Part shown: positions 62,445 through 64,000 of the stretch, piece after piece
Layout of the letters: each line of letters starts with the position of its first letter
Position numbering within the stretch: position 1 is the stretch's first letter
Assembly (NCBI GenBank): GCA_964016885.1
Contig: OZ024742.1
Coordinates: 178,560,001 to 178,624,000, forward strand
DNA length: 64,000 bases
Direction: 5' to 3'
DNA from: Eledone cirrhosa
Lineage: Eukaryota
Position numbers and translations under genes: made by a program
Notes under the pieces: model-generated
What the model saw: the letters and a program-made list of their open reading frames with translations, nothing else
What the model was told of the DNA's origin: nothing
The model's database searches: none

Positions 62445-64000
62445 GTTATCGTTGTGCATCACCATGCGCATCTCTGCCTTGTCAGCCGCAATTCATTCCC
62501 CGGCCCTTTCCATTGCCCACCCTCCGTGGTCCCTAAGGACTGCCACGGCACAATATGCCGAATCTCTGCCACCGTCCACCCCTGCCCATTTCCATTGCCT
62601 ATACTCCGGGAGAGCTCAAGACTTCCATGCCTGACCAAGCCGCATCCCTGCTACCGTCAACCACTGCCCTCTCCCTTCCCTGCACGCCGTCGTCCCACTG
62701 CATCGTCATGCCTCACCATGCCGCATTACTGCCCTGTCGGCCACCATCCCCTCCTCAGCCCTTTCTTTTGCCTGCCCGCCGTGCTCCTTCAAGACTGCCA
62801 TGCCTAACCAAGCCGCATCCCTGCCACCACCAAGTCCTTCCCTCTCCCTTCCCTGCACGCCGTCGTCCCACTGCATCGTCATGCCTCACCATGCCTCATC
62901 CATGCTCTGTCAGCCGCCATGCCCTCCTCTGCCCTCTCCCTTACTCGCACGCCTTGGTCCTTCACGAGTGCCATGGCTCACCATGCGGAATCCCTGCAAC
63001 CGTCAATCCCGGCCATCTCCCTTCTCTGCACACCGTCGAACCACTGCATCGTTTTGCCTGACCATGCCGCATCCATGATCTGTCAGCCGCCATCCCCTCC
63101 GCAGCCTTTTATTTTGCCTGCCCGCCGTGCTCCTTCAAGACTGCCATGCCTAACCAAGCCGCATCCCTGCCACCGTCAACCCCTGCCCTCTCCCTTGCCC
63201 GCACGCCTTGGTCCCTCACGACTGCCATGGCTCACCATGCGGCATTCCTGCCCTGTCAGCAACTTGCTCAAATGTCATCAGCATGGTTTATTCCTGCGCC
63301 GCACATAACCGCCCATTATCTCAGACCAAAGACAGCACCGAACCTGAAGACGATCCTGAGTAAGTCTTTTTACATTCATTTTGACCATATTTAACAACAT
63401 TAAACAAAAATTCATCCCTTTCTCCTCCAAAGCCTACCAATCATGTATGGCCGATAAACATCCTGCCTTGCACCCGGTTTTCTCAAACAATCATCGTGCT
63501 TCCCTGTGCTCTCTACATTCCCGAGGTGCAACTCAATTGGCATGCCGCATCCACGCCGTCAGCCGCCATGCACCCTGCCCTTTCGTCATGCCTCATCATG
63601 TTGCATCCCTGCCCTGTCAGCCGCCATCCACTCCCCGACCCTTTCCACTGCCTAGGCATGGAAATCTTGAGGGACCAAGTCGCATCCCTGCCACCGTCAA
63701 CCCTTCCCTCTCCGTTCCTTGCACGCCGTCGTCTCACTGCATCGTTATGCATCACCATGCCGCATCAATGCTCTGTCAGCCGCCATCCCCTCCTCGGCCC
63801 TTTTTTTGCCTGCCCGCAGTGCTCCTTCAAGACTGCCATGGCTCACCATGCGGCATCCTTGCCACCGTCCACCCCTGCCCTCTTCTTTGCCTGCTGGCCG
63901 TCGTCCCACTGCATCGTCATGCCTCAGGATGCCGCATCCAATCACCGTAAGCCCCCCCCCCCCCTCCCCCAGGCCCTTTCTTTTGCCTGACCGCCGTGCT
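62445..64000. repeat. GC/CpG-rich satellite, about 173-bp period with ~86-bp subunits, interrupted at about 63260-63540; runs off the window end
   Basis: The cgcatccctg landmark occurs at 62641, 62814, 62987 (variant), 63160 and 63681. Confidence 0.85.

Overview
Repeat-dense animal genomic DNA. The SINE/RTE/Penelope repertoire and microsatellite load suggest an octopus-like cephalopod (inference). The only host gene I can reconstruct is ALDH4A1 (delta-1-pyrroline-5-carboxylate dehydrogenase): 14 GT-AG coding exons on + from 6600 to 36361 that splice into one open frame of about 555 codons, with the first exon probably upstream of the window. The rest is mobile DNA. It includes three long RTE-clade LINEs carrying a PHD-like finger inside the RT, older RTE, Tx1/L1 and CRE-like fragments, two Penelope-like (RT+GIY-YIG) elements, an internally deleted piggyBac with its MITEs, other MITEs, many tRNA-derived SINEs, a LINE-derived 90-bp tandem array and a 173-bp GC-rich satellite. 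The signals most worth a second look are six hammerhead-ribozyme motifs in different states of decay, a chain of (TATG)n-associated RTE elements with C2H2 zinc-finger tails and a structured 5' head, inverted LINEs bracketing a frame-neutral exon pair, and a strong strand bias of one SINE family. I found no clearly novel protein-coding system.
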